64,000 nucleotides of DNA from an uncultured bacterium (GCA_949284685.1 CASDWE010000002.1:83064-147063), one strand, 5' to 3'. Shown: positions 46,789 to 61,732, numbered from the stretch's first letter. Made by a program: numbers and translations. Notes: generated from the sequence alone by a model not told the origin.

Positions 46789-49413
46789 ATGAAAAGAAAA
46801 TATTTTAAATATGTTTTTAAATCTTTAAAAAATGACTTTTCTAGGATTGTAGCGATTATTCTTATAGTCATTCTAGGAAATAGTTTTTTAGTCGGACTTT
46901 TATCAACCACACCTGATTTATTTTCTAGCATGGATAAATACTATGACAATACGAATTTTATGGATATTTGCATACGAAGTACAGTTGGATTTAATGAAGC
47001 GACTTTATCATATGTAGAAAATAATATCGTTGGAATTGATAATATTTCATTAACAAGTGATAAAGAACAGTATGTTTTAATTGATAATGTTAAAGCTTTC
47101 GCACAAATTTCATATCGAAAAATGGTAGGCGATACAAATAATAAATTAACATTAGTGGAAGGACGCTATCCAAAAAACGCAAATGAATGTGTCTTATTAG
47201 TGAAAAATAATAGTCTTGCTCCATATCATATAAATTCAACTATCAAAGTCGATGACGAAACAACTCTTACAGTAGTAGGAAGTGTTAGAAATCCATTATA
47301 TATTACTTCACAAGCCGAACATTCTTTAACATCTGGAACAACAATTGAAGCCTATATTTATCTTGATGACAACTACTTTAATAATTTAACTTATACCACC
47401 CTATATATAGACTTTTTTCAAAGCAAACAAATGAATGGTTTTTCTAATGAATATGATGAATTTATTTCTAAAAAAGTTGAGGATTTGCAAAATATTTCCA
47501 AAAAAACACTTGAATTAAGAATTGCAGAAATTAAACAAGATTATTATGATGAGGTTCATGATGCTGTTTATTTAGAAGTTTTAAATGCGGTTAAAGAATC
47601 TATTAAAGAACAATATGGTTTAGATTTAACTATAGAAGAACTTTTAATGTATTTGGAATCTCCTGCTTTTTCTGATTATAAAAAATACATTGAAGACACT
47701 ACAAACGAACAAACAGAAGTTCAACTAAATGAGATTATAAATTCTTTATCTCCTAATTGGTATATATTGGATCGAGATTCAATTCAAAGTGCATATATGT
47801 TTAAAACTGATGCTTTGAAAATGCAAACGATATCCACAATCTTCCCGCCATTTTTCTTTTTGATTGCAATGCTTGTTTGCTTATCTAGTATGTCAAGAAT
47901 AATAACAAGGGATAGACAATATATTGGAACGTTGAAAGCTCTGGGATTTTCTAAAAGAGTTATTTCTCTTAAATATATTTTCTATGGATTGATATCCTCG
48001 TTAATTGGATGTGTAGCAGGTGCATTTATTGGTATATTTGCTTTGCCTGCTGTTATTATGCAAATTTATTCTTCAGTTTATTATTTAGGCACTTTCTCTT
48101 TTACTTTGCAGCCACTATATGTATTTGGATTTTCATCATTAATGATAGTGCTTTTACTATTAGTGGTTTTAATTGTAATATTATCAAATTTAAGAGAACC
48201 TGCTGCTCAGTTAATGCTTGGAAATAAATCACCAAAACCAGGTAAAAAAATATTATTAGAAAGAATTCCTTTCTTATGGAAACGTATTAAATTTAAATAT
48301 AAATCAATGTTTAGAAATATTTTTAGATTTAAGAAAAATTTATTGATGATGATAATAGGTGTCGGTGGCTGTGCTGGAATGTTGTTGACTAGTTTTGGTT
48401 TAACTGATTCTTTTAAAGTTATAACAAACGATCAATATAACGATATAACAAAATACGATGCATTAGTTCTAACAAGCGAAAATAATATTGATTCATCTTT
48501 AATATTTGACAATCTAGATGCTAATTTAACTTACGATAAAAGTTATTATCAAAGAGGTTCAGTAAGCGAAGATGAAAGTTATTCATTACAAATTATCTCT
48601 GCTGGAAATAATTTAAGTGAGTATGTTGGATTTTTGGATGAGAATCATAACAAAATAGATTTTAATGAAAATTCTGTTATTTTAACCAAACAAATAAGTG
48701 ACGATTTTAATATTCACGAAGGTGATTTATTAAAAATTAACACTGATTTTGGTGAAATTGAAGTCAAAATTAGTGATGTATGTTTAAATTATGTTGAAAA
48801 TTATATTTATTTTGGAACAAATAGTTTTGCAAAATATTTTTATGAAAACAAAGAGGAAAACGTTTCTTACAATAGCTTTTTAATAAAAATAAATGAAGAG
48901 CTTGATGCTGATAAAGAAATGGTTTTAGATAGCCTTGTTAATAATGAATATGTATCTAGCATTGTTTCAACAACATCAACAAAGCAAACGTATAGTTCTA
49001 TTATTAATAATTTGTCGATGATTGTTATTCTAATTGTTTGTTTAAGTGGTGCACTTGCGGCAATTGTTATTTACAATTTAACCGATATTAACATCAACGA
49101 AAGAATACGAGAAATTGCTACTTTAAGAGTATGTGGATATCGTAGACGTGAAGTTTTAATGTATATCTTAAGAGAAATATTTGTTATGTCGACAATTGGA
49201 ATAGTTGTTGGCTTACTTATTGGTTTATTTTTGCACTGGTTTATTGTGACCAATATTGCTAGCATTGGATTAGTATTCTCCACCACTATTAATTGGCCAA
49301 GTTATATTTATACTATCTTAATGTCATGGGTGTTTGTTATAATCGTTAGTTTCTGCTTCTATCCAAAAATTCGTTCAATCAATATGGCGGAATCATTAAA
49401 AAGTGTTGATTAA
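46789..49413 (+). CDS. ABC transporter permease with two FtsX domains (MacB-type, about 874 aa)
   Basis: The start MKRKYFKYVFKSLKNDFSR lies 1 nt after the ATPase stop. There are two blocks of 4 TM helices, each ending in the FtsX pattern (..R..EIGTLKALGFS / REIATLRVCGYRRREV), separated by large extracytoplasmic domains. Confidence 0.85.
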   Translation: MKRKYFKYVFKSLKNDFSRIVAIILIVILGNSFLVGLLSTTPDLFSSMDKYYDNTNFMDICIRSTVGFNEATLSYVENNIVGIDNISLTSDKEQYVLIDNVKAFAQISYRKMVGDTNNKLTLVEGRYPKNANECVLLVKNNSLAPYHINSTIKVDDETTLTVVGSVRNPLYITSQAEHSLTSGTTIEAYIYLDDNYFNNLTYTTLYIDFFQSKQMNGFSNEYDEFISKKVEDLQNISKKTLELRIAEIKQDYYDEVHDAVYLEVLNAVKESIKEQYGLDLTIEELLMYLESPAFSDYKKYIEDTTNEQTEVQLNEIINSLSPNWYILDRDSIQSAYMFKTDALKMQTISTIFPPFFFLIAMLVCLSSMSRIITRDRQYIGTLKALGFSKRVISLKYIFYGLISSLIGCVAGAFIGIFALPAVIMQIYSSVYYLGTFSFTLQPLYVFGFSSLMIVLLLLVVLIVILSNLREPAAQLMLGNKSPKPGKKILLERIPFLWKRIKFKYKSMFRNIFRFKKNLLMMIIGVGGCAGMLLTSFGLTDSFKVITNDQYNDITKYDALVLTSENNIDSSLIFDNLDANLTYDKSYYQRGSVSEDESYSLQIISAGNNLSEYVGFLDENHNKIDFNENSVILTKQISDDFNIHEGDLLKINTDFGEIEVKISDVCLNYVENYIYFGTNSFAKYFYENKEENVSYNSFLIKINEELDADKEMVLDSLVNNEYVSSIVSTTSTKQTYSSIINNLSMIVILIVCLSGALAAIVIYNLTDININERIREIATLRVCGYRRREVLMYILREIFVMSTIGIVVGLLIGLFLHWFIVTNIASIGLVFSTTINWPSYIYTILMSWVFVIIVSFCFYPKIRSINMAESLKSVD

Positions 49414-49505
49414 CAAAAAAACGTTTTTTAAAATAAAAGTGTGAAGTATTTGACTGATACAAGGTCGGCAAATAACTTCCTATAGACATATCAAAATATG
49501 TCATT

Positions 49506-49540
49506 AAGAACTATCACTTGTCCTGATAGTTCTTTTTTAT
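49506..49540 (+). terminator. Strong intrinsic terminator after the ABC permease gene
   Basis: AAGAACTATCA-cttgtcc-TGATAGTTCTT forms an 11-bp perfect stem followed by TTTTAT. The U-run touches the convergent recG stop. Confidence 0.75.
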
Positions 49541-51534
49541 TAACTAATAATTTTTTTATCATTTATTTCTTTTTGACATTTATTAATCAAATAATAAACA
49601 TTTTTATCATATTCTTTTCTTTTTAAAATATCTTTTGCGTCATCGCGTGCGATTTGAAATATTTTAATATCATTATATAAATTCAAAAATTTAAAATCGC
49701 TTAAACCACTTTGACGTAAACCGCTTAATTGACCTGGACCACGCATTTTTAAATCTTCTTCTGCGATATAAAATCCATCAAAACTTTTAACTAAAACATT
49801 TAATTTATCTTGCTCAGATTTATCTTCACCATCATAAGTTAAAAAACAATAACTTGGATAGCCATCTCTTCCTATTCTACCTCTTAATTGATGTAGTGAG
49901 GCTAAGCCAAATTCATTAGCGTTATAAATAATCATAAATGACGCGTTTTTAACATCTATTCCAACTTCTACAACTAGTGTTGATACTAAAATATCAACCT
50001 CATGATTATAAAATTTCTTTAAGGCTTCTTCTTTATCTTCTTCTTTTAATTTTCCATGCAATATTGCGACACGCCCGGGATATTTTAATAAATATTTACT
50101 CCCGATATTTTCAATTGAAAAGTCGTTTTCATTATCATATTCAATAGTGGGCACTATTACATATATTTGGCGGTTATTTTTTATCATGTAATCTATGCCA
50201 GAAAATATTTTTTCATCCGTACTTTTTACAATTTTAGTAACTATTTTTTTATTAGAAAAAGGTAAACTTTTAATACTAGATATATCTAAATCACCATAAA
50301 TTGAAAGCGCTAATGAACGTGGTATGGGTGTTGCGCTCATCATCAACAAGTCCGTATCATTTCCCTTACTGGCCAAAAGTTGTCTTTGATTGACACCAAA
50401 ACGATGTTGTTCATCAATAATTGCTAATCCAAGTTTAGAATAAATTACATCTTTTGAAAAAACAGCATGAGTTCCAATTAAAATATCAATAATACCATCT
50501 TTTAAATTATCTAGTATTTCTTTTCTTTTTGTCTTATTAACTGAACCCACTAATAATTCAACTTTAATATTTAATTTTGAAAATATTTCTAAAGCATTTT
50601 TAAAATGTTGTCGAGCTAAAGCATCTGTCGGTGCCATCAAAACACCTTGATCTCCTCTTAACCTATTCGCATACAATGCCAAAAACGCTACTACAGTTTT
50701 TCCAGAACCAACATCGCCTTGTAACAAACGATACATTAAAGTATTTTGATTCATATCATTAATTATTTCTTTTCCAACATAATATTGATCATCGCTTAAT
50801 TTAAATGGCAACGCATTAATAAAATCTTGGCATATATCAATATCTATTGGCTCTTTTTTATATTTTGTTAATTTAGCGTTTTCATTTTTAATCAATAAAG
50901 TTTTTAAAGAAAATTTTAAAGCTTCTTCATATTTTAAATATTTTAATCCTTCTTTTATATCATCTTTTGTTAAAGGAAAATGAACTTTTGTTAAAGCTTC
51001 TTGTTTATGAAGCAAATGATGTTTGTTTAATAAATAATAAGGAATATCATCATAAATTTTACCATCTAATTCTTTAAAAGCTCGTTTAACTAGGTTTGAA
51101 AATATTGTTACAGTTAAACCATTAACTAAATGATAATTAGATAAAAAAGGACTTTTATCTTCCTGACTACCTTTTTTTACATTTATCAAATTAATGTAAT
51201 TATGTTCTTTGTTATAAGAACCAATAAGCGTGATAAAATCTCCAACTTTAAAAGCTTTATTAAAATAAGTTCTATTAAAACCCACAACATGAAAAACTTT
51301 CTTATCAACAAGCAAATCAAATTTAGTAATAGTGATTTTATGTGGTTTAACTTGATCTATTTCACTAGCGATAACTCCATACAAGACAACTTTTTGTTTA
51401 TCAGCGAAATTAAAATTTTGCGTTAAAGATAAATCATCATAACGGTATGGAACATAATTTATAATATCTAGCCATGAATAAAGACCCATTTCATACAATA
51501 AGGAATTTATTCGAGGAGATTTAGATAATTTCAT
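49540..51534 (-). CDS. recG: ATP-dependent DNA helicase RecG
   Basis: An N-terminal wedge/OB region is followed by helicase motifs I (LLQGDVGSGKTVVA) and II (IDEQHRFGV), plus QLRGRIGR. Confidence 0.93.
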   Translation of the reverse strand: MKLSKSPRINSLLYEMGLYSWLDIINYVPYRYDDLSLTQNFNFADKQKVVLYGVIASEIDQVKPHKITITKFDLLVDKKVFHVVGFNRTYFNKAFKVGDFITLIGSYNKEHNYINLINVKKGSQEDKSPFLSNYHLVNGLTVTIFSNLVKRAFKELDGKIYDDIPYYLLNKHHLLHKQEALTKVHFPLTKDDIKEGLKYLKYEEALKFSLKTLLIKNENAKLTKYKKEPIDIDICQDFINALPFKLSDDQYYVGKEIINDMNQNTLMYRLLQGDVGSGKTVVAFLALYANRLRGDQGVLMAPTDALARQHFKNALEIFSKLNIKVELLVGSVNKTKRKEILDNLKDGIIDILIGTHAVFSKDVIYSKLGLAIIDEQHRFGVNQRQLLASKGNDTDLLMMSATPIPRSLALSIYGDLDISSIKSLPFSNKKIVTKIVKSTDEKIFSGIDYMIKNNRQIYVIVPTIEYDNENDFSIENIGSKYLLKYPGRVAILHGKLKEEDKEEALKKFYNHEVDILVSTLVVEVGIDVKNASFMIIYNANEFGLASLHQLRGRIGRDGYPSYCFLTYDGEDKSEQDKLNVLVKSFDGFYIAEEDLKMRGPGQLSGLRQSGLSDFKFLNLYNDIKIFQIARDDAKDILKRKEYDKNVYYLINKCQKEINDKKIIS

Positions 51535-51545
51535 CTATATTATTT

Positions 51546-53171
51546 TTATTCAACACCAATTAAAAAGGAATAAACTGGTTGTTTACCATCTCTTATATCA
51601 ATATCCACATCAGGATAAGTTTTAACAATTTTATTTCTAACTTTTTCCACTAATGAAGAATCAACATCTTTTCCAACTAAAAGCGTGATAACAGCGCTAT
51701 TTTCATCAACCATTTGTTCTAATAAGTCTAAAACGGTATTGATGTGATGACGATGAGAACAAACAATTTTTTTATCTAAGATGCCAATAAAATCATCTTT
51801 TTTAACTTTCACACCATCAATTTCGCTGTCACGAATTGCAAAAGTCACAGAACCGGATTTAACGTTATTTAAAGCTTCATTCATTTGTTGAAGATTATCA
51901 TCTAAATCAAGTTCACTATCAAACATCACGCAAGCGGAAATTCCTTGAGGGATAGTTTTAGAAGGAATAACTTGACAATTATAATCTTTATCCACAACCG
52001 TGCATGCTTGTGATGCTGCTAATACAATATTAGAATTGTTAGGCAAAATTATAATATTTTCCGCGTAACATTTTTTAATCGCGGCAACAAAATCTTCTGT
52101 CGAAGGATTCATAGTTTGACCGCCAAAGACTATTTCACTAGCGCCCAACTGCTTAAAAAATTCAGAAATTCCTTCCCCGGCACTTACTGCAATAATTGCA
52201 TATTTATCTTTTTTTCTATTTTTTAATAAATCTTCTTTATTAACAAATTCAATTTTTTCTTTTTGATCAATATTATGTATATCAACCGCTAAAAATTCGC
52301 CATATTGTTGAACAAAGTTAATGACTAAACCAGGTGTAAGTGATTTCATTTTGACTTGAAGTTGTTCATTATTTATATGCAATAATTCAACTTCGCCTAA
52401 ACCACGATTTTTTAAATGGGTAATTAAACGACTATCAACAACAGGTTTTTTATCTTTTATAGCAACATTTAAAATGAAATTTACTTGATATACATTTTGA
52501 TCTAGTTTTTCTTTTTGTTCAGAAATATCAGTTGCTGTTGCTTTTTTTCTTTCAATAACATTGCCTTTTAAAGCACGATACATGCCTTCAAAAATAAAAA
52601 TTAGACCATAACCACCGCTATCGACAACACCAACTTCTTTTAATACTGGCAATAACTCAGGCGTGCGATTTAATGATTCGTGAGCTTCTTTTATTAATAT
52701 TTCGAAACATTTTTCAATACTATAAGAATCTTTAACTTGGTCTTTTAAAACTTGGCTAGATTCTCTTATGACAGTTAAAATTGTTCCTTCAACTGGCTTC
52801 ATAACGGCTTTATAAGCCACTTCTACGCCTTTTTGAAAAGCGTTAGATAAATTTATCGAGTTAACAGTTTCTAAGCCTTCTAGACCCTTTGCAAAACCAC
52901 GGAAGATTTGAGAAGTAATAACACCGGAATTACCACGTGCTCCCATTAATAAACCGCGCGAAAAAGCTTTTGCGATATCACCAGCGTTTTTATCATTACG
53001 ATTTTGAATTTCTTTACTTCCACTAGTTAAAGTTAAATTCATATTCATTCCCGTGTCACCATCTGGAACAGGGAAAACATTTAAAGCATCAACTTCAGGA
53101 TAATGATTATATAAATTATTAGATCCTGAAATAAACATCTCTTTAAGAGTTAAACCATCTATTGTCTTCAT
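51546..53171 (-). CDS. DAK2-domain fusion protein YloV
   Basis: The N-terminal Dak2 pattern is ALNVFPVPDGDTGMNM and ARGNSGVI.SQ. The C-terminal DegV-like half is present, and the position between the Asp23-like gene and recG is conserved. Confidence 0.88.
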   Translation of the reverse strand: MKTIDGLTLKEMFISGSNNLYNHYPEVDALNVFPVPDGDTGMNMNLTLTSGSKEIQNRNDKNAGDIAKAFSRGLLMGARGNSGVITSQIFRGFAKGLEGLETVNSINLSNAFQKGVEVAYKAVMKPVEGTILTVIRESSQVLKDQVKDSYSIEKCFEILIKEAHESLNRTPELLPVLKEVGVVDSGGYGLIFIFEGMYRALKGNVIERKKATATDISEQKEKLDQNVYQVNFILNVAIKDKKPVVDSRLITHLKNRGLGEVELLHINNEQLQVKMKSLTPGLVINFVQQYGEFLAVDIHNIDQKEKIEFVNKEDLLKNRKKDKYAIIAVSAGEGISEFFKQLGASEIVFGGQTMNPSTEDFVAAIKKCYAENIIILPNNSNIVLAASQACTVVDKDYNCQVIPSKTIPQGISACVMFDSELDLDDNLQQMNEALNNVKSGSVTFAIRDSEIDGVKVKKDDFIGILDKKIVCSHRHHINTVLDLLEQMVDENSAVITLLVGKDVDSSLVEKVRNKIVKTYPDVDIDIRDGKQPVYSFLIGVE

Positions 53172-53184
53172 AAATAATCCTTAT

Positions 53185-53532
53185 CTAATTTTTTTCTTGT
53201 GCGATAGTGTTAACGTAAATATCAACACTTAAAACTTTAATGTTAAAGCGATTTTCAATTTCATAAATTAATCTTTTTTGCATTTCGTTAATGATTTCTG
53301 TAATTTTAACATTGCTTATTAAAACAACATATAAACGAATCTTATATTCATTACGAAAATTTTTGCTAATAAAAATACTATTTTTTAATTGTTTTGGTTT
53401 TTTATTAGAATTTGATAAATATTGATCAGATAATCTACATACGCCATAACAACTAAGTGTAATCATTTCTATAGCTTGTAGTAAGTTTTCAGTTGTGGGA
53501 TTTTTTTTAATTTGAAATATTTCTTTTTTCAT
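53185..53532 (-). CDS. Asp23/Gls24-family protein (YloU-like)
   Basis: The size (115 aa), the pattern I..I...A.....GV..L..........I.I........I.L.V.L...V.I.E....Q..L...IE......V..V.I.V, and the synteny with yloV all fit. There is no clear SD. Confidence 0.65.
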   Translation of the reverse strand: MKKEIFQIKKNPTTENLLQAIEMITLSCYGVCRLSDQYLSNSNKKPKQLKNSIFISKNFRNEYKIRLYVVLISNVKITEIINEMQKRLIYEIENRFNIKVLSVDIYVNTIAQEKN

Positions 53533-53606
53533 AGTTTTTAAAACGTCTATATTTTATCATAGTTTTTTATTTTTTAAATAAAAAGATAGAAAATAAAGCT
53601 CTTATA

Positions 53607-53721
53607 AATAAAAAAGCCCGGCGGCTCGCTATTCTCTCCAAAGGATACCTTCGCCACTACGGTGCTTAACTTCTGTGTTCGAGATGGGAACAGGTGTGAC
53701 CACCGCGCCATCGCCACCAGA
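53607..53721 (-). rRNA. rrf: 5S ribosomal RNA
   Basis: The minus strand reads TCTGGTGGCGATGGCGCGGTGGTCACACCTGTTCCCATCTCGAACACAGAAGTTAAGCACCGTAGTGGCGAAGG...GCGAGCCGCCGGGC. The helix I ends pair, and TTTTTTATTTAT follows. Confidence 0.93.
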
Positions 53722-53827
53722 CTTTTTAATTGAGAGATTGTTCTCTCAAAACTAGATATTATATTTTATCGTTCTATTTGTCAAACTATTTCAACATAAG
53801 TTTTATTTATCGATTTAAAATCTTAGA

Positions 53828-56724
<2,897 letters not shown>

Positions 56725-56970
56725 TCATAAAATTTAGGTTTCTGTTAGTTTGTTTTGTTTCGTAATTCACAATGTTTGATGAAATCAAAATTGCGAACTT
56801 TGTTAGAAAGAACATGTTATATAATATCTAGTTTTCAAAGAACAATTTCTTGAGAGAGACTAATCTCTCAAAACTAAACAGATGACTTTACAAACATCAA
56901 CCTAATGAAATAGATTTTAGGTTTATTGTACATACGCTAGAAACACAATGTGATCTAGCACTTTCTCCAT

Positions 56971-58494
<1,524 letters not shown>

Positions 58495-58648
58495 TTTGTA
58501 TCTTAGTTCATTATTATTCTGGTTAAAAATGCAACTTATTGTTGCAGAAATTGACGTTTGTTATTTGTACATCTGTCTAGTTTTCAAAGATCAGTCATCA
58601 CGCTTTTAAGGTCTTGTTTTTTGACCGCCTCTCGGTGCGTGCTTGTAT

Positions 58649-58678
58649 ATCATATCACCGCAGTAAATTTAGTGTCAA
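58649..58678 (-). promoter_or_regulatory. Candidate rRNA operon promoter
   Basis: The minus strand reads TTGACA (58673-58678), an 18-nt spacer, then TATGAT (58649-58654). It is preceded by an A/T-rich UP-like tract (AAAAAAATTAAAAATTATA) and lies about 155 nt upstream of mature 16S. Confidence 0.5.
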
Positions 58679-58837
58679 TATAATTTTTAATTTTTTTCTA
58701 ATTATTTATTAAATAATTGACGCCACTCACATACGGCTTTTAATAAGATACCATAAGCACACAACCTTGTCTAGTAAAAATTTAATTTTTTTAATTTTTC
58801 TTCTTTCTTTTTATATAAATAAGGATATAAATAAAAA

Positions 58838-58867
58838 CCCCACATTTCAGTGAGGTTATAAAACGTA
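58838..58867 (-). terminator. Intrinsic terminator after the BI-1-family gene
   Basis: The minus strand reads AACCTCAC-tgaaat-GTGGGGTT (8 bp including one G.U) followed by TTTTATTTAT. Confidence 0.6.
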
Positions 58868-58884
58868 AAGATTGTATTATTTAA

Positions 58885-59676
58885 TTAATTTCTATTTCTT
58901 GCCGCTAATAAGAGAACAATATAAAGCAAGCGAACAAAAATAGCAATGAAATCGCAATATAGACGGAAAGCACAATATAATGACATATTGCGGGTCAATT
59001 CATAACCAGCAGATATTTTTTTAATATTCCAAACGTCCCAAATTGTTGTCAGCATCAATGCACCAAAAATAACAAAAGAAACAATCCAATAAAGAACAGT
59101 TGCTATTTCTGGTAAAAAAATCATCATAATGAAATTAATTAATGCAAGTAATAAAGCACCACCTAGCAAAGTACTAGCAACATAAATCAAAGGATTTAAA
59201 TTAGATTTAACTAATAAACCTACCAATGCTAATATTCCATATATAAGTGCTGTTAATCCAAATGTTGTCGCAAAAACTTGCCAAGGAAGAGCAAAAGCGA
59301 TCATTCCTAATAAATATCCTACAAATATAGCATAAAGAGCAAAAGGTATTGCAACAGAAAACGATTTTGGTTTGCTTCTTAAAGTCAACGAACCTGCTAA
59401 AAAAGAACAAACCAAAGTACCAATGCCGGCAAAAATAGAAATGCTCGATAAAGCTATCACAACACCATCTGACAGCGGACTATAAAAATTAATCAACCAA
59501 GCAGTTAACGTACAGACACCGCCGGTTAAAAGAATTCCTAAAAACATATAAAGAAAAACTTTGCCCAAGTTTAGGACTTGTGTTGATACTTTATTATTAA
59601 CAACATTTTCTGAATTTAAATTATTATTGTTGTTGTTAGGATTATTAAAAATTGATGGTTGAGAATTATTTTCCAT
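58885..59676 (-). CDS. Bax inhibitor-1 / YccA-family membrane protein with an Asn-rich N-terminal tail
   Basis: There are seven TM helices. The C-terminus LYCAFRLYCDFIAIFVRLLYIVLLL resembles the BI-1 LYLDFINLFL.LLR motif. The N-terminus is FNNPNNNNNNLNSENVVNN. Confidence 0.75.
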   Translation of the reverse strand: MENNSQPSIFNNPNNNNNNLNSENVVNNKVSTQVLNLGKVFLYMFLGILLTGGVCTLTAWLINFYSPLSDGVVIALSSISIFAGIGTLVCSFLAGSLTLRSKPKSFSVAIPFALYAIFVGYLLGMIAFALPWQVFATTFGLTALIYGILALVGLLVKSNLNPLIYVASTLLGGALLLALINFIMMIFLPEIATVLYWIVSFVIFGALMLTTIWDVWNIKKISAGYELTRNMSLYCAFRLYCDFIAIFVRLLYIVLLLAARNRN

Positions 59677-59702
59677 ATATAATGTTTTTCCTAAATAAAA
59701 TT

Positions 59703-60458
59703 TTAAATAATATTGATTAGTAATTGTTTATAAGAATCAATATTTAATGAAGCCCCGCCGACAAGTGCACCATCAACATCAGGACAAGAAAGGTATTGTT
59801 TAATATTATCTGGTTTGACGCTACCGCCATATAATATACGAATATCTTCACATACTGTTCCAAACATATTACTTAAGATGTCTCTAATAAATTTACAAAC
59901 ATCCTCAGCAATTTCTTTTGAAGCATTTTTTCCTGTTCCAATCGACCAAACAGGTTCATAAGCCACGACAAGATTTTTAACTTCATCTTTTGTTAAATCT
60001 TTTAAACCAATTCGAATTTGTCTTTCAACAACTTCTTTAGTTTGGCCATTTTCAAATTGTGTAAGAGTTTCTCCCACACAATAAACAGGCACCATCTTGT
60101 TAGCGAGCAAAGCTTTGATTTTTTTATTACATTTTTCATCAGTTTCATTATCATAGCTGCGTCTTTCTGAGTGTCCGATGATACACCAAGAAATATCAAT
60201 ATCCTTTAACATTGGAATAGATATTTCACCAGTAAACGCACCATGATCTTCAAAATGACAATTTTGACTTGCCACAATCATATCGCAACTAACATTTTCT
60301 TTGACAATTTGTAAACTTAAATATGTGGGTGCAACTCCTAAATCTATATTATTTTCTTTTGCAATTTTTACTAATTCATCAGTTTGTTTTGCAAAAGCTA
60401 GAGATTCTTTAGAAGTTTTGTTCATTTTCCAATTGCCGAGCAATAATTTTCTACGCAT
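59703..60458 (-). CDS. tpiA: Triosephosphate isomerase
   Basis: Motifs are GNWKMN, IIGHSERR, AYEPVWSIGTG and YGGSV. Confidence 0.96.
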   Translation of the reverse strand: MRRKLLLGNWKMNKTSKESLAFAKQTDELVKIAKENNIDLGVAPTYLSLQIVKENVSCDMIVASQNCHFEDHGAFTGEISIPMLKDIDISWCIIGHSERRSYDNETDEKCNKKIKALLANKMVPVYCVGETLTQFENGQTKEVVERQIRIGLKDLTKDEVKNLVVAYEPVWSIGTGKNASKEIAEDVCKFIRDILSNMFGTVCEDIRILYGGSVKPDNIKQYLSCPDVDGALVGGASLNIDSYKQLLINII

Positions 60459-60474
60459 ATTATCACCTTATTTT

Positions 60475-61689
60475 TTATTTTAAAACATCAATGCCAGGTA
60501 AGTGACCATCATTTTCAATCATTTCGAGTGAAGCACCACCACCAGTTGAAACATGGCTAAATTTATCTTTATATCCAAATTGTTTGACAGCACTTGCACT
60601 ATCGCCACCACCACAAACTGTAAAAGCACCTTTTAAAGAAGCGATCGCTTCACACACAGCAATTGTGCCTTTGGTAAATTCGCTTTGTTCAAAAACACCC
60701 ATTGGTCCATTCCAGAAAACCATTTTCGCTTTCTTAATTTCGTTAGTGAATAATTCAATAGTTTTTGGACCGATATCCATACCTTCCATACCTTCTGGAA
60801 TGTTACAATCCATCGTGGTAATTACGCTTGTCCAATTTTCAAAAGCATCACTACATTTGCTATCAACAGGCAAAACAATTCTTCCTTTAGCATCTTCATA
60901 ACACTTTCTAGCATATTCTAATTGATCATCTTCACAAGGAGATGTACCAATAGTGTGACCTAAAGCTTTGCTAAAAGTATAAGCCATCGCACCACCGATT
61001 AAAATCTTATCGCATTTTTTAAGCAACGAATCAATAACTTTAATCTTATCAGATACTTTCAAACCACCCAAAATAGCGACATATGGACGATCTTCATCTT
61101 TAACATCGACACATCTTGTTAAATTAGAAACTTCTTTTTCAACAAGATAACCAACTGCAACTGGTTTTCCTTCGGCTTTTAATATTTCAGGGATACCATA
61201 AGTTGAAGCATGAGCACGATGCGCACTACCAAAAGCATCCATAACATAACCATCGGCAAAACTTGCCCATAATTTAGCTAATTCTGGATCATTTTTTTCT
61301 TCGCCTTTTTCATAACGAGTATTTTGCATTAATAACACTTGTCCATTTTTTAAACTATGGACCATATCAAGAAGTTTTTCACCTCTTGTTTCAGAACAAA
61401 ATAATACTTCTTGTCCTAGCAAATTAGAAAGACAAGGAGCGACAATGGCCATATCGTTTTTCTTTTTTTGTTCAGCGATAACTTCAGGGGTTTCTTTATG
61501 TTTGATTTTGCCTAAATGTGACATCAAAACAACTCGAGCACCTTTGCCAATTAATTCTTTGATGGTTGGTAAAGCAGCAACAACGCGATTGTCATCATTA
61601 ATAACACCATTTTTATGTGGAACATTAAAATCCACTCTGACGACAATAACTTTACCCTCAATGTTATTTAATTCTTTAACAGTTAACAT
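60475..61689 (-). CDS. pgk: Phosphoglycerate kinase
   Basis: Motifs are VRVDFNVP, SHLG.., DAFG.AHRAH.S, GGAMAYTF, WNGPMGVFE and GGGDS. Confidence 0.96.
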   Translation of the reverse strand: MLTVKELNNIEGKVIVVRVDFNVPHKNGVINDDNRVVAALPTIKELIGKGARVVLMSHLGKIKHKETPEVIAEQKKKNDMAIVAPCLSNLLGQEVLFCSETRGEKLLDMVHSLKNGQVLLMQNTRYEKGEEKNDPELAKLWASFADGYVMDAFGSAHRAHASTYGIPEILKAEGKPVAVGYLVEKEVSNLTRCVDVKDEDRPYVAILGGLKVSDKIKVIDSLLKKCDKILIGGAMAYTFSKALGHTIGTSPCEDDQLEYARKCYEDAKGRIVLPVDSKCSDAFENWTSVITTMDCNIPEGMEGMDIGPKTIELFTNEIKKAKMVFWNGPMGVFEQSEFTKGTIAVCEAIASLKGAFTVCGGGDSASAVKQFGYKDKFSHVSTGGGASLEMIENDGHLPGIDVLK

Positions 61690-61703
61690 ATTATCCTCCG
61701 TTT

Positions 61704-61732
61704 AGATAAAAAGTGCCCATGAAGGGCACTTT
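61704..61732 (-). terminator. Hairpin and U-run between gap and pgk (terminator or attenuator)
   Basis: The minus strand reads AAAGTGCCC-ttcat-GGGCACTTT (9 bp) followed by TTATC. It is palindromic, so it could act in both directions. Confidence 0.6.
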
